This document shows, in pieces, positions 45,201-57,267 of a stretch of 64,000 bases of DNA. The notes under the pieces were generated by a model. It searched no databases. It was given only the letters and a program-made list of their open reading frames with translations, and was not told where the DNA came from. Made by a program: the position numbers and the translations under genes. The DNA lies in assembly GCA_965261595.1 (NCBI GenBank), contig CBDHDG010000007.1, positions 384,001 through 448,000 on the forward strand, in the 5' to 3' direction. Position 1 is the first letter of the stretch. Every line of letters begins with the position of its first letter. This DNA is from a bacterium. Its GTDB lineage: Bacteria; UBA8248; JACPRG01; G963555815.

Positions 45201-46802
45201 GAGCCTGTAAGAGGACTTGACGTCCTCATCTCAGAGGGCCAAGCACGCAGTCATGAAAGCCTCTTCCTTTTCACCTGCCGACCCGACGTTCGAGTTGATG
45301 AGTCAAGGGCCGTAAGGGTGCCCCTAACCGGGCTTACGGAGGATGAAACCAGGGAGCTGATCATAGCCCGTAGAGCCCTTGAGAAGGATCACCATCTGGT
45401 GCAGGAACTGCATCGAACGACTGATGGGCATCCCTTGTGGGTGAACCTGATCGCGATGCAAGCAGTTCAGCATGAGGATGGACTTCGCGGGGCCTTGGAC
45501 CTGATTAAGCAGGGCGGGGCGACGCTTCCAGATACGACGAGGACCATCTGGGGCATGTTGAACGACCAGCAACGCAACGTGCTTCGTACAATGGCCGAAT
45601 TGGACCGACCAGAACCCGCGAGTCACCTGCTAGACCTGCTTCCCGGCGTCAACGCGAATCGAGTGAATCGAGCGCTGAAGGCACTGCGGTCCTTTCATCT
45701 GATAGAGACACGGACGCAGCCGGAGGGGGAGCCTTTGCTTGGGCTACACCCGATCATTCGCGAGTTTATCAGGACTAGTTTTCCGAAGAAGGATCGTGAG
45801 AAGTACGTTGGCGCGATCCTTGACTTCTTGGACCAGATGATCGGTCGCTTCAAGAGCCTTCTTCCACAGGAACCATCGTACGACATCCTGGAACATTGGA
45901 CGCGAAAAGCTGAACTGCAGATCACATTTAGGCGCTTTGAAGAAGCAACTTCTACCATCGCTGAAATCGCACTCCCGCTGGTCAACCGGGGCTACTCAGA
46001 AGAAATGGTCCGGCTTACGATACGTCTTCTCGGCGAATGCGACTGGGCGGAGGCGTGTTCTTCATACAAGGATTTCGATGCCGTCTTCGAAGAGTGCCTC
46101 ACTCAAATGATTCAGAGCGGACACGACACCTCTGAGGATCTCTTGACACAGTATGAAGCTGCGATCCCAGGCAAGAGCTCGCAGTTCATCTTGCTATGTC
46201 AGCTCCGGTGCTATGCGGACTGGTATACCAGCAAATACGACTCGGCTATTCGATGGGGCGAGAAGGGCGAGCGACTGAAGGAACGTACGTCCGTCGATAC
46301 AGGGTTCTCGACGACGCACAATCTGGCCCTGTCTCGGCGGGATGCAGGACGCGTGCCGGAAGCGGTCGAGAGTTTCCTTGAAGGCGAGTCGTTGGAGACG
46401 GTGGTTACACCGGGCGAGCGAGTTCAGGGCAAGGGAGCACAGTTCTACGGGAACATTGGCCGATGTCTCTTCCTGACTAGTCGCTTGGATGAGGCTCTAG
46501 TTTGCTATGTAAAGTCGGCTCAGTTGCTCGAAGAGGGCCGTACTCGTATGGACCGCCTCAACAAGGGCTACATTAGATACTGGATTGCTGAATTACTGGT
46601 GCAGCAAGAGGAATTCGAGTTGGCAGCGGCTTCGTATCGTGCCGCAGTGTGCATTTGGGATGATTCCTCTCCTCCTCGAGCAGGTCAAGCGAAAGAGAAG
46701 CTGGAGGCCTTGGTGACTGCGCATCCGGAACTTCACAACTACCTTGTCCAGGAGGACTGGAAGGCGGAAGAGGCATACGGGCGTTGGTTGGCTCGTCAGT
46801 AG
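42287..46802 (+). pseudogene. SIR2-like + STAND (NB-ARC/NACHT-like) ATPase + TPR-like protein (1035 aa when rejoined), split by IS3 copy 6
   Basis: TTNFD, HLHG, IGYSGWD; GLGGQGKS, LLVFDNVD, GHPL; helical repeat C-terminus; alternative start 42236. Confidence 0.85.
42816..44219 (+). mobile_element. IS3-family element, copy 6
   Basis: Near-identical to copy 1; 4-bp duplication AGTG. Confidence 0.9.
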
Positions 46803-46854
46803 GCTTAACAATGCACTCTCCTCGATCCTTCGGTTTAGAAATTTAAGATTTAAC

Positions 46855-47090
46855 TGTCCGACAAGCTGCGCAGCTACGGCGCGGCCCTCAAGATACTCAC
46901 CCCGAGGATTGAGCACTTCAGCCACAAAGGCCTGAACAACAAGGCTGAAGTCTCGCATCGTCCGACCAGACGACGCGAGAGGATTATGACGCAGAGCTTT
47001 TTGGCAACCCATGATCAGGTGCAGACCGTCTTCCGCCTCCCACGCTGCTTGGCTTCGCGTAACGCAAAAGCACTACACGAAGCAGCGCGG
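46855..47090 (+). pseudogene. IS6-family transposase remnant
   Basis: DKLRSYGAAL and HKGLNNKAEVSHRPTRRRERIM in shifted frames. Confidence 0.65.
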
Positions 47091-47254
47091 GTCCTGGAGT
47101 TACTCCCCGTTTCGATGGGCGGTTTAGGGCTTTCGCCACCAGCCTTGAGGTGGATGGAGCCCGGTCCCAGCCGGTTGTGGATGGCGCCGAAGGCCTCGAC
47201 GAGCTTGTCGTCCTGTTGGATCGGTCCTGGCTTCAGCGAGCGCAGACCTCGCTC

Positions 47255-50200
47255 TCAAAGGCCCAAGTCCATCTCGACCCGTTTCCCACGATCCGGCGTA
47301 GCCGGCTCCCGGTCCTTCACGGCCGGCTCGGTCTCTTTCCCGGCCGCCTCGCTCCTGCCGCGGTCCGTATCCCGGGTGGCTTCAGCCTCCCGATCCGCCG
47401 TCCGTCCCGCGTTCGCAGCCGCTTCCATGCCCTTTGCCGGCGCGTCCCGCGCCGCCTCTCCGATCCCCTCCAGCGCCGATATGCGCTCGCCTGTGGCCGT
47501 TTCGAGCTGCTCGCGCAGCCGCGCCGCATCGTCCGTCACCAGCTCGGCCCGGTCGCGGGCGCGGCTGATCTCCACATAGAAGCTCTTCTGCGTGGTGAGG
47601 TGGGGGTGATTGGCCTCCATCGCCGCGATCACGTTGTCCACCGTCCGGCCCTGAAAGGCATGCACGGTCGAGGCCCAGGCATGGTCGAGATGGTGCAGCT
47701 GGGGATCGCCCGCCTTCATGTCGAGCACGCGCCCGTCTTCCAGACGGAAGGTCACACGGCCGTCCTTCACGCTCGCCACCTCGGCGGTGCGGCTGTTGAC
47801 GAGGCCGAGGCCCTTGTCGTTGCGGGTCCAGCGGATGCGGTCTCCGGCGCGAAGCTCGATGCCCTCGGCTCGGTAGACCTCGGCGCCGCCTGTCCGCCCG
47901 GCGATCCGGCCCGGCTTCCACGGAACGGTCCTGCCGTCCCCGCCTTCGAGTATCACCGTATGGCTCTTGTGATCCACGTCGGCGACCCGGCGCTCGTCGC
48001 CCTTGTCGATTCCGAGCGTCTTGTAGGGGCGGTGGAAGGCGACGATATCGCCCTCGGCGTAGTTGGTCGCGAGCGATTTCTCGGCGTTCGTGTAGCCGTG
48101 GGAGACCAGCCGCTCGCCCGTGAAGGCGGGGCCGTGGATCCTGCCATCGCGCGCGAGGCGCTCCCGGATATGACCGTTGATCTCCCGGCGAAGCTCATGG
48201 CTCGGCGCCATGACGCCGGTGTTCTCTCTCGCCTCGGGGGACAGCTTGAGCCAGCGCGCCGCCACCGCGCCCGCGATGTTGTCGGCCTGGACCTCGGCTA
48301 CGTTGGGGCCGAGCTTCTCGAAGGCCTTGCCGATCTCGCCGGCGAGGCTCGCCTTCACGGCCGCCTTCAGTTCCGGGTCGCGCTGGCGCAGGATCTCGTC
48401 CATCACCGCGGTCTTCATGCCTGCCCGCTACAACTGCGCAAAGGGTTTGCCGGCGTCGACAGCGTCGAGCTGTTTCTCGTCGCCGACCAGGACCACGCGG
48501 GGGACGCGGAGCGCGTTCGCGATCCTGAGCAGATCGCGGGCCTGGACGGTGGAGGCGAGCGAGCCCTCGTCCACCACCAGCACGGTCTTCCGCCAGGCGG
48601 CGCGCATCTCCCGCGCGCCCTTGGCCGTAAGACGGCCCTCGGCGATGCCGGCGTTCCGCGCGAGGAACAATTGCAACGTCTCGCTTTCGATCCCGGCTTC
48701 CGTCCCGAGCGTCTTGACCGCCGAGGCCGACGGCGCCAGTCCCATCATGCGGTAGCCGTTCTTGCCGGCAAGGGCGTTGGCGCGCCGCAGCATGGTGGTC
48801 TTGCCGGTGCCGGCATAGCCCTGCACGCCGACGACGCGGTCCTTCGAAGACAGGATCAGCTTGACGGCCTGCTTCTGCCCCTCGGTGAGCGGTCCCTTGT
48901 GCAGCCGCGCGCTCGCCATCCAGCTTCGCATCACCACCGGGCTTCTGTCCTGTCCGCCTTGCATCAGGGCGATGGTCTCGCGCTCGCCGGCGAGCGCCTT
49001 ATCGGTGGTCATGCCGTCGCCGCCCATGAGCGCCGGGGCGCAATGGAGCCGTCCTTCGCCTTCGAGGGCGCCGACGGCTTTTTCCGCGGCCTCGACCGAG
49101 ACGGCGCCGGGCATCCAGGCGAGGGCGGCGGCGAGCAGATCGGCGCGCGAGAACACCGCCTCGCGTTCGGCGAGATGCGCCATCGCCCATTCCGCGGCCT
49201 CGGCCGCCGGCTCCTTCGTTGCCGGTTCCCGCCGCGTTGGGTCGGTTTCCGCGATGGCGGCGGAAGACCCGACGGCATCCGCCGGAGCGGGATCGACATC
49301 CCGTTCGGGAGCGTTCTCCCGGCCGGAGTCCCTGCCGGCTTCCCTCACCACGGCCCCGGCGACAAGCGCCCGCGCATCGAATCCCAGGCCGGCGGCCTGC
49401 TTCTCCCAGCTTGCCTTGAGCGTCGCCTTGTCGACCTCGCGCTTGTGGGCCCGGGTCATCAGCGCCGCGCGCTCGGCGAGGCGCTGGTTCTCGGCGGTGC
49501 CGCTCATGCCCCGCTCGGCCATCGCCGCCTCGATCTCCGCCCGCCGGGTCGAGAACGCCTCGATGACCTTCCTCGGGACCCCGGCGATCTCGAAGCGTCC
49601 GTCGGCATGGCTCTTCTCGATGCCGTAACCGAGCTTGCCCAACTCCCGCGCGAGTTCGCTCCGGTAGATGATGCCAATCAGCTTCTGGCGGCGGTAGAGC
49701 GCCTCGTTGGCCATGGTCCGCCACTTGCCGTCCCCGCCCTGGACCATGTTGGCGAGGACCGCGTGGGTGTGGAGCTGGGGATCGAGATTGCGCGAGGCGT
49801 CGTGCCGGAAGGTCGCGGCCACCGTCTTCTGGTCCCCGGCCCGGACCATGCGGCTGGTCTCCGGGTCCTTCAACCGGGTCTCGGCGGCGTTGCCCTCGAT
49901 CCAGGCCAGCGAGCGCTTCACCGCCCGGTCGTGGGCGTCGACCACGCGCCCGTCGCCGCCGATCAGCGCGGCGAGCGAGACGGATTTGGGAGCCGAGAAG
50001 GTGAGATCGCGTCCGGGCCGGTGCTGCAGGACCCCATCGGGTCCCCCGCGTCCGAGTTGCCGGCCGGTCCCGTCGAGTACCTTGCCCTCCAGCACCGCCT
50101 TGAAGAGGTCCGGATCGACCGGGCCGGAGAGGCCGAGGTCCTCCGCGCCCTTGCCGGTCCAGGCGCTTGCGTCCCTGTGGGCCGGGTCGTCCCTGGCGTA

Positions 50201-50272
50201 GTAGCCGTCCCTCTCGTAATAGGAGATGCCCTGGGCAGAGGACGCGACGGCGCCGATCGAGACGACCATCAC
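47255..50272 (-). pseudogene. MobF (TrwC/TraI-type) relaxase-helicase, one frameshift near 48425
   Basis: YYERDGYY, DLTFSAPKSVS, HDASRNLDPQLHTH, GYAGTGKT, VVDE, TVHAFQG. Confidence 0.9.
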
Positions 50273-52371
50273 AGCCAGTCGGCCGGACAGCGCTCGTCCG
50301 CGCCGCCGGTACCGCTGTCCTCGGGTTCATCCGGATCGGCCGCGGGGTCATTCCGTTGCCCGGAAAGAGCGGAATCCCGGCCGCCGGAACCGGCAACCGG
50401 GACCTCGGGCATTTCCGCGCCTTCCGCTTCCACCGCGCGGCATTCGGCCGGGGCCGGCTCGAGACCGAGCTCGGGTTGATCGCCGGTCCATTCGGCCGCC
50501 GAACTCGCCACGCCCGTATCGCCATGCTCGCTTTCGTTCCCGGCATCGCCCGGCGCCGGGGCATCGGTGTCGCGCCCGCTTCCGGAATCGGCCCCGGTCA
50601 CATCGGAGACCCAACCGCCTTGCTCCGAAGGCCCTTCCTCCCTGGGCACGAAGCGCTCGGCCGCCTTGGGCCTCTTCACGTAGTCGAGTCCGATCCGGGC
50701 CACGGGCCAGGGTCCCGGGAACTTCAGATACCCCTGCAGGTTCTCGAGCCGCATGATCTCCGACGGCAGGGCCAGGGAACGCATCTCACGACGCTGGGTC
50801 AGCGAGACCCCGTCGCGCATGACGCTGGCCCCGTAGCTCATCCCGTGGGAATACTCCTCGACCTCGCCCCGCCCCAGGCTTTCGGCCGACCACCGGGCCG
50901 TCTCCTGGTCGGGCGCGGCCAGGACCACACGGGTACCGCACAGCCCGGATATCGTCTCCGCCCCGTTTTTTCCGTAGAGGTCGCGCAGGGCCGAGATCAC
51001 CTGGATCCCGAGCACGAAGCATCCTCCGAACTGGCGGGACTCGGCCAGCCCCGGCTGGAGGCTCGGCACCTGGTGAAGGGTGGGCAGCTCGTCCAGGACT
51101 ACCCAGACCCGGCGCGCATCGTCCTGATGGAGGGAAAGGAGCGCGTTCACCGCGATCTCGAGCCAGGTAGAGATGAGCCCTCTCAGGCTCGCGTGCTGGT
51201 CGCCCCGGGAGGTCAGGAACAGGAACCCGGTCCCGTCCTCTTGGCCCACCCAGTCCCGGATCGAGAAGGGCTCTCCCGTATCGGGCAGGAACTCGAGCGC
51301 TCCCAGGTGCGCGGTCAGCATGGCCCGGACCGAGAGCGCGGTCTTGGGGTTTTCGGGGTCCACGATGGACTGGGCCACCGTGCCCTCCATGGCCCGGGCC
51401 AGGGCCGTCAGGTCGGTCTTGAGCAGGTGGTCGACCAGCACCCGGTTTTCGGTCACCCCCTGCTTCCAGAGCACGCCCGCGCCGTTGGAGAACAGCTGCC
51501 TGGCGGCCGTGACCCAGAAGGGGTCCACCGTGTCCTTCTGCTGGGGGATGAGGGCGGCGGCCATCATGTCGAAGTCCCGGGGGGTCCTGGCCTCGAAGAA
51601 GGGCGACCAGCGGGGCGCCCGGGCATCGAGGGGGTTCATCAGCACGTCGCGGGCGGGATCGAAGAAGGAGCGGGTATAGCTCCCCATCTTGTCGTAGAGG
51701 ATGCAGCGCTCGCCCCGGGCGCGGAGCCGGGCGACGAGGTCGGAGATCAGGACGGTCTTGCCCGAGCCCGTGGTGCCGGAGACGATGGTGTGCTGGGTCT
51801 CGGCGCGTTCTGGCCAGGGGATCCCGGCGATGCGGCAGGAGGCCCGGCGCGCGGCGGGGAACAGGGCCTCGGCCAAGCGCGCGGACACGGGCTGCACGCG
51901 CCTTCTCAGCTCCCGGGCCGTCGTCATTTCCGCGCCGCGGACCCGTTGGGCGCGGTCCAGGCGCCTTCCCAGGACCGAGAACAGGACCGTACAGAGGACC
52001 GCGCCCCCCACTCCGATCCAGAGGCCGAGCCACGCCCTGGCGTATACCGTATGGAGGAGGCGTTTCCGGATCCGCTCGATCCTGGGGTCCCTAGCGATGT
52101 CGACGATCCTCAGGGCCGTTTTTTGGCCCTCTCGCCACTCGTACGCCTGGAGGGAGTGCCGGGGGTATCCGAGCACGAGCTTGGCCTGGGCGAGGGTCCC
52201 GGTGCCCACGAGGCGCCATTCATGGGCGGTGGTTGTGCGGAACAGGGCCGCGGCCGGGACCAGGACGACGGTCAGGGCGATGCCGAAAAGCCCCCACCTG
52301 ACCAGCTGGCCCCACATGTGGACGTCGTGGGCCAGGGTCTGGCCGCCCCTGAGCGTTGCGTTGCCGAACAT
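50269..52371 (-). CDS. Type IV coupling protein (TraD/TrwB family)
   Basis: Two N-terminal TM segments, GTTGSGKT, VLDELP; 4-bp overlap with the relaxase start. Confidence 0.9.
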   Translation of the reverse strand: MFGNATLRGGQTLAHDVHMWGQLVRWGLFGIALTVVLVPAAALFRTTTAHEWRLVGTGTLAQAKLVLGYPRHSLQAYEWREGQKTALRIVDIARDPRIERIRKRLLHTVYARAWLGLWIGVGGAVLCTVLFSVLGRRLDRAQRVRGAEMTTARELRRRVQPVSARLAEALFPAARRASCRIAGIPWPERAETQHTIVSGTTGSGKTVLISDLVARLRARGERCILYDKMGSYTRSFFDPARDVLMNPLDARAPRWSPFFEARTPRDFDMMAAALIPQQKDTVDPFWVTAARQLFSNGAGVLWKQGVTENRVLVDHLLKTDLTALARAMEGTVAQSIVDPENPKTALSVRAMLTAHLGALEFLPDTGEPFSIRDWVGQEDGTGFLFLTSRGDQHASLRGLISTWLEIAVNALLSLHQDDARRVWVVLDELPTLHQVPSLQPGLAESRQFGGCFVLGIQVISALRDLYGKNGAETISGLCGTRVVLAAPDQETARWSAESLGRGEVEEYSHGMSYGASVMRDGVSLTQRREMRSLALPSEIMRLENLQGYLKFPGPWPVARIGLDYVKRPKAAERFVPREEGPSEQGGWVSDVTGADSGSGRDTDAPAPGDAGNESEHGDTGVASSAAEWTGDQPELGLEPAPAECRAVEAEGAEMPEVPVAGSGGRDSALSGQRNDPAADPDEPEDSGTGGADERCPADWL

Positions 52372-52534
52372 GATGAAGCCCTCCTCTTACAAAACACCGG
52401 GGTGTTTATGCCCCGGGCGGGCGCATGGACTCCGGGGAGAGGCCGGGGAAGGCGGAGGTCCGGGTGCAGGGACTCTTGGACCGGAGAGGCCGGCACCCGC
52501 GATCTCCTGAACCCCAACCCCGGAGGAACGAACC

Positions 52535-52900
52535 ATGACCGACGCCAATCCATCCGGCAGCTGGCGCGCCCGGGCCTTCGTCCTCGGCGGGATCGCACTC
52601 GCCCTTGCCGTCACCGTCTTTTCCGTCGTCATCGCGATCGGTGCCCGCTTCCTGGGGGCCATCTGGTTCTGGGCGGTGATATGGACCATTCTTGCCGCTC
52701 TCGCGTGCGCCCTGTGGCGGGGGCTCCGCTATCGGGACTGGTCCGCCTTTGGCGGGTACGAGCTCCCGAAAGAGGGCGGCGATCGGTTCGACTGGGCGAC
52801 CAGGACCGGCCGCTACGCCTGGCTCCGTGACCTCGAGGACGGGCATCTCCACGACCAGGATCACCTTCGCGGTCATGGCCCGAGCACCTGGTCCCTGTAG
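52535..52900 (+). CDS. Small hypothetical membrane protein
   Basis: GGAGG RBS, two hydrophobic segments. Confidence 0.55.
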   Translation: MTDANPSGSWRARAFVLGGIALALAVTVFSVVIAIGARFLGAIWFWAVIWTILAALACALWRGLRYRDWSAFGGYELPKEGGDRFDWATRTGRYAWLRDLEDGHLHDQDHLRGHGPSTWSL

Positions 52901-53733
52901 AAGGGCCGCCCAAGTCCGGGGTCTTTCTTCTTCCCCGCGTCCGGCGCAGGCGCTCGTCCAGGGGCAGCTCGGAGTGGGTGTCGGGCGTTGTCATGGGAAG
53001 GAACATAAGGAGGAGGTTTGTGCTTGCCCATGGGTATCGATCGTGCATGACCTACACTTGGCTGGCATTCCTGCGCACATCCGCGGTGGAATGCGCGGGC
53101 GTGCGGCAAAAAAAAACCGGGGACACGGCAGTTGGAAGGAAAAGGATGAACCCAGAGGGAAAGACGGACGAAATGAAGACGATCAGACAGGACCCGGTCC
53201 TGCTCAGGCTGAAGGACCTGCTCCGGCGTTACGACCTTCACCCTCGCCGGCGCGGAATGAGCCTTGAGTCGCGTTCAATGACCTGATCCCCTGGCGTCCG
53301 AAAGGTGTCCACACAGTCCCGGACTTCATCGTGCTGGCAACCGAGGTTCGGCACGCAGCTGGTACGGTTGCACACGTTACCGCGCGCGCATGGAGCCATT
53401 GTAATTAGGTTACCGCTTCGCATCGCCGCCAGTCGCGCATGGCGCGGCGACTTGCTCGCCAGAGCGCTCGCGGTCGTCCGCCGACTGGTCGCGAACGCGG
53501 ACGAGCCGCACGGATAGATCGAGGCCGAAGGGCAGGCGTAGAAAGCACTCACAGCCGGAGGAAGAACCTGACGTCACTCATCTACCGAGTGCGCCATTTT
53601 CGGACGGTTCTTGACCGCCATCGACATGCGCCGGATGCAGGCGGAATTTCGCCAATCGGGGTGGGCGGGGCAAAAGGCAGCGTGTATACGTCTTTACAAG
53701 GCGACATGGCCACATGAAGGCCGAAGCGGGCAG

Positions 53734-54087
53734 CTATTCATCAGGTCCGAATGTCTCGTCGACCCATTCCTGAGCACGAGCACGATGTTCTGGTTTTATG
53801 TGTGCGGCGACCATTGCCGCTGCCGCGCCCAGCACGGCGAGGTCATCAACGAAACCGCCGGGCAAGAAATCGGGAACCGCGTCCAAAGGACTAATAAAAT
53901 AAATGAGAGCCCCTATTATGGTCGCTCTCGCCCATGCAAGCGTATCTTCATCTCTCAAACAATAGTAGAGCGTTAAGACTAACTTGATAACCTCTTTTCC
54001 TGCCTTTTTTGCTACTGACTTGATTTTGTCCCACAACGATTTTTCTTCAAAACTCGGTGTGTCGAACACCCCGTTTTCATCCGTCAT
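53734..54087 (-). CDS. YkvA/DUF1232 family protein
   Basis: ALIYFISPLDAVPDFLPGGFVDD; GGAGG RBS. Confidence 0.85.
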   Translation of the reverse strand: MTDENGVFDTPSFEEKSLWDKIKSVAKKAGKEVIKLVLTLYYCLRDEDTLAWARATIIGALIYFISPLDAVPDFLPGGFVDDLAVLGAAAAMVAAHIKPEHRARAQEWVDETFGPDE

Positions 54088-54356
54088 ATTTGTTCCTCCT
54101 CCGTAATGTAGCGTGTGTCTGCCGTTGACTGAGTCGAAAAGCACCAATCGACGTGAGGGCCGTGCAAGATGCAGTGCGCAAGGGCCGTCAAGCGGCACCA
54201 CGCGTGGCGAGGCCGTGAGTGTTCAAATCATGTAAACGGCGGTGTAAAACTGTCCCAGTGAGGCGGTCGGATATTCTGGCGGCGGCGGTCTAAAAGTGGA
54301 CCGCTCTTTGGTCTTCCTTCAGGTTTGCAGGATACGACCTGAAGGGAGGCTGGAGG

Positions 54357-57267
54357 ATGTACTCAGTGGAACTGTACGCACGGGTTCGGCACGCCTGCCA
54401 CGTAGAAGGGATGAGCATCCGCGAAGCGGCGCGGGCGTTTGGTTTGCACCGGGACACGGTGCGCAAGATGCTGCGGTTTTCGATACCGCCCGGGTATCAG
54501 CGGAGTCATCCCCGGGCGAGGCCGAAGCTGGATCCGTTTATGGGTGTGATCGACCACATCGTGGAGGGGGACCGGAAGTGTGTGAGGAGACAGCGTCACA
54601 CGGCCAAGCGGATCTTCGAGAGGCTGCGCGACGAGCACGGTTTCACGGGCGGTTACAGCATCGTGAAGGACTACGTGCGGGAGCGGCGGTAGCGGTCCCA
54701 GGAGATGTTCGTTCCCCTGGTCCACCCACCCGGCCATGGCCAGGCGGATTTTGGCGAGGCCCTGGCGGAGATTGCCGGGGTGGAGGGGAAGGTATCGTTT
54801 TTCACCTTCGATTTGCCCCACAGCGACATGGGTTTCGTGAAGGCCTATCCTGCGGAGAGGACCGAAGCCTTCTGCGCCGGTCATAACGCGGCCTTCGCCT
54901 TCATCGGCGGTATCTCTCACAGCATTCTCTACGACAACACCAAGCTTGCGGTGGCGCGCATCCTGGGCGATGGGAAGCGTCAGCGCACCCGGGCCTTTAG
55001 TGAGTTGCAGTCCCACTACCTGTTCAAAGAACGTTTTGGCCGTCTGGGCAAGCCGAATGACAAGGGGAAGGTCGAGAACCTGGTGGGCTATGTCCGGCGG
55101 AACTTTTTCGTTCCCATCCCGCGCATTGAGAGCTTCGAGGCCCTCAATGCCCACCTGGAGGAGCAGTGCCGGAAGCGGTGGTCCCCCGCTCTAGGGTTTT
55201 GTTGGACACTCGATTGATCCATGATTCATGGAGAAAGGGGTGTCGCGATGAACGAACAAAAGCAAGAGGGGGCTTTGGCGGAGGGCGCCCGTAGGGCGAA
55301 CGGAGCCAAGGCCCCAGGGCATCGCAGTGAGCGGGGTCGGTTCTCCTGCCAGGCGCAAGCGGGAGGCGGTCCTGCGTCTTTTGCGGGGCGAGAGCCTGGA
55401 GACGCTCTGCCGCGAGTTGGGCACGACAGCGGCTCGGCTTTCCGCCTGGCGCGAGGCGTTCCTTCGCGGGGGCGAGGCGGCGCTCAAAGCCCGCCCGGCG
55501 GATGAGCGGGACGAGGAGAACGCCCGGCTCAAGGCCAAGGTGGGCGAACTCACGATGGAGGGCGAGGTCCTGCGGGAGAAGATCGACCGCCTGGAGGCCG
55601 GCCGCCCTTTAGCCGGCAGGAGGTGGAGGCGATGAGTCAGGCCCGCTTAACCTCCACGGGCAGAGCCTACGGCCTGAAGCGGGTGTGCGCCCTTTGGGGC
55701 TTGGCGCGCTCCACGGTCTACGCGCAACGGCGGCAAGAGGCGGTCCCCGTTCATGAACGCCCCACGCCCAATAAGCGCGGCCCTGTGGGCCCGTGCACCG
55801 ATGCGGAACTCCTCGGCCACATCCGGCAGGTCCTGGAGGACTCTCCCTTCCATGGCGAGGGCTACCGCAAGGTGTGGGCGAGGCTGCGCTTCGCGGGCAT
55901 CCGCACCAGCAAGGAGCGGGTGCGTCGCCTGATGCGGGAGGCGGGGCTTCAGGCCCCCCACCGGGTGGGCAAACCCCGAGGTCCCAAGGCCCACAACGGG
56001 ACCATCCGCACCGAGCGGCCCGACCGAATGTGGGGCACGGACATGACGACGACGGTGACCACCGAGGAGGGGGTGGCCTCGGTGTTCGTGGCGGTGGATC
56101 ACTGCTCGCTGGACTGCGTGGGGATCCATGCGGCCAAGAGCGGCAACCGCTTCGAGGCCCTGGAGCCGATCCGGCAGGGGGTCGCCGAGCGCTTCGCCGG
56201 CTTGGAGGCGGACGTCGCCGAGGGGCTTAAAGTTCGTCACGACCACGGCCCCGCCTATCTGTCCGATGACTTTCAGCGGGAGATCGCCTACCTGGGCATG
56301 ACCAGTTCGCCCAGCTTCGTGCGGGCGCCCGAGGGAAATGGCTACTGTGAGTGGTTTATCCGCATCTTGAAGGAGAATCTCCTGTGGGTGCGCTCTTTCG
56401 CCACCGTAGAGGAACTGCGGTGGGCGCTGCTTGAGTTCAAAAACCTGTACAACCATCATTGGATTCTCGAGGGCTACGGCTACCGAACGCCGGCCCAGGC
56501 AAGGCAGGAAAAACTCGCTCAAGTTGCGGAGGCCGCATGAGGTCGAATACCCTCACCCGAGTGTCCAATAACCCAGGGGCGGTCCAGTGGGGAGCACGCC
56601 TGCGTGGGCACAGAGAGAGCATCGGCGAGCGCTTTGAGCGGGACCGGCAGGTCCTTTTGCCGTTGCCGCCGTTGCCGTACGACGCCTGTGAGAAGAGCGG
56701 TACGCGGGTGAGCTCTCTGTCTTTGGTGCGCTACCGGGGGGCAACGACTACTCGGTTCCCGTGGCTTACGGCCACCGTGAGGTGCTGGTTCGGGGCTACG
56801 TGCACGAGGTGGTCATCACCTGCGGGACGGAGGAGATTGCCCGTCACCGGCGCTCCTGCGAGCGGGAGGACCTGGTCTTCAACCCGCTGCATTACCTGGC
56901 GCTGATTGAGAAGAAGATCGGTGCACTGGATCAGGCGGCGCCCCTGGCCGGGTGGGAGTTGCCCGAGGCATTCGGCACGCTGCGCAGGCTGCTTGAAGCG
57001 CGCATGGGCAAGGCCGGCAAGCGGGAGTACGTCCAGGTCCTGCGGCTGCTCGAGACGTTCGGGTTGGAGGAAGTTGACGCCGGGGTCCGGGATGCCCTGC
57101 GGCTGGGAACCATCGGCTTCGATGCGCTCAAACACCTGATGCTGTGCCGCATCGAGCGCAGGCCTGCCCGGCTGAACCTGGAGGTCTATCCCTATCTGCC
57201 GCGCGCCCGGGTTGCGACAACCTCCGCCCGGGCGTACCTGGACCTGCTCACGGGGGTGCGGCCGTGA
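54357..57267 (+). pseudogene. istA: IS21 transposase (TAG at 54690, IS3 insertion, frameshift near 56740)
   Basis: GQADFG, LYDNTK, KGKVEN, YSVPVAY fragments. Confidence 0.85.
55182..56586 (+). mobile_element. IS3-family element, copy 7 (1-bp insertion in orfA)
   Basis: Near-identical to copy 1; 4-bp duplication GTGG. Confidence 0.9.

Noticed and set aside
47150..52830. 1109-aa and 887-aa plus-strand ORFs
   Set aside because: Antisense shadows of the relaxase and coupling protein
52900..53640. Small ORFs or a structured ncRNA upstream of the T4CP
   Set aside because: GC-rich with short hairpins but no supportable family or repeat pattern
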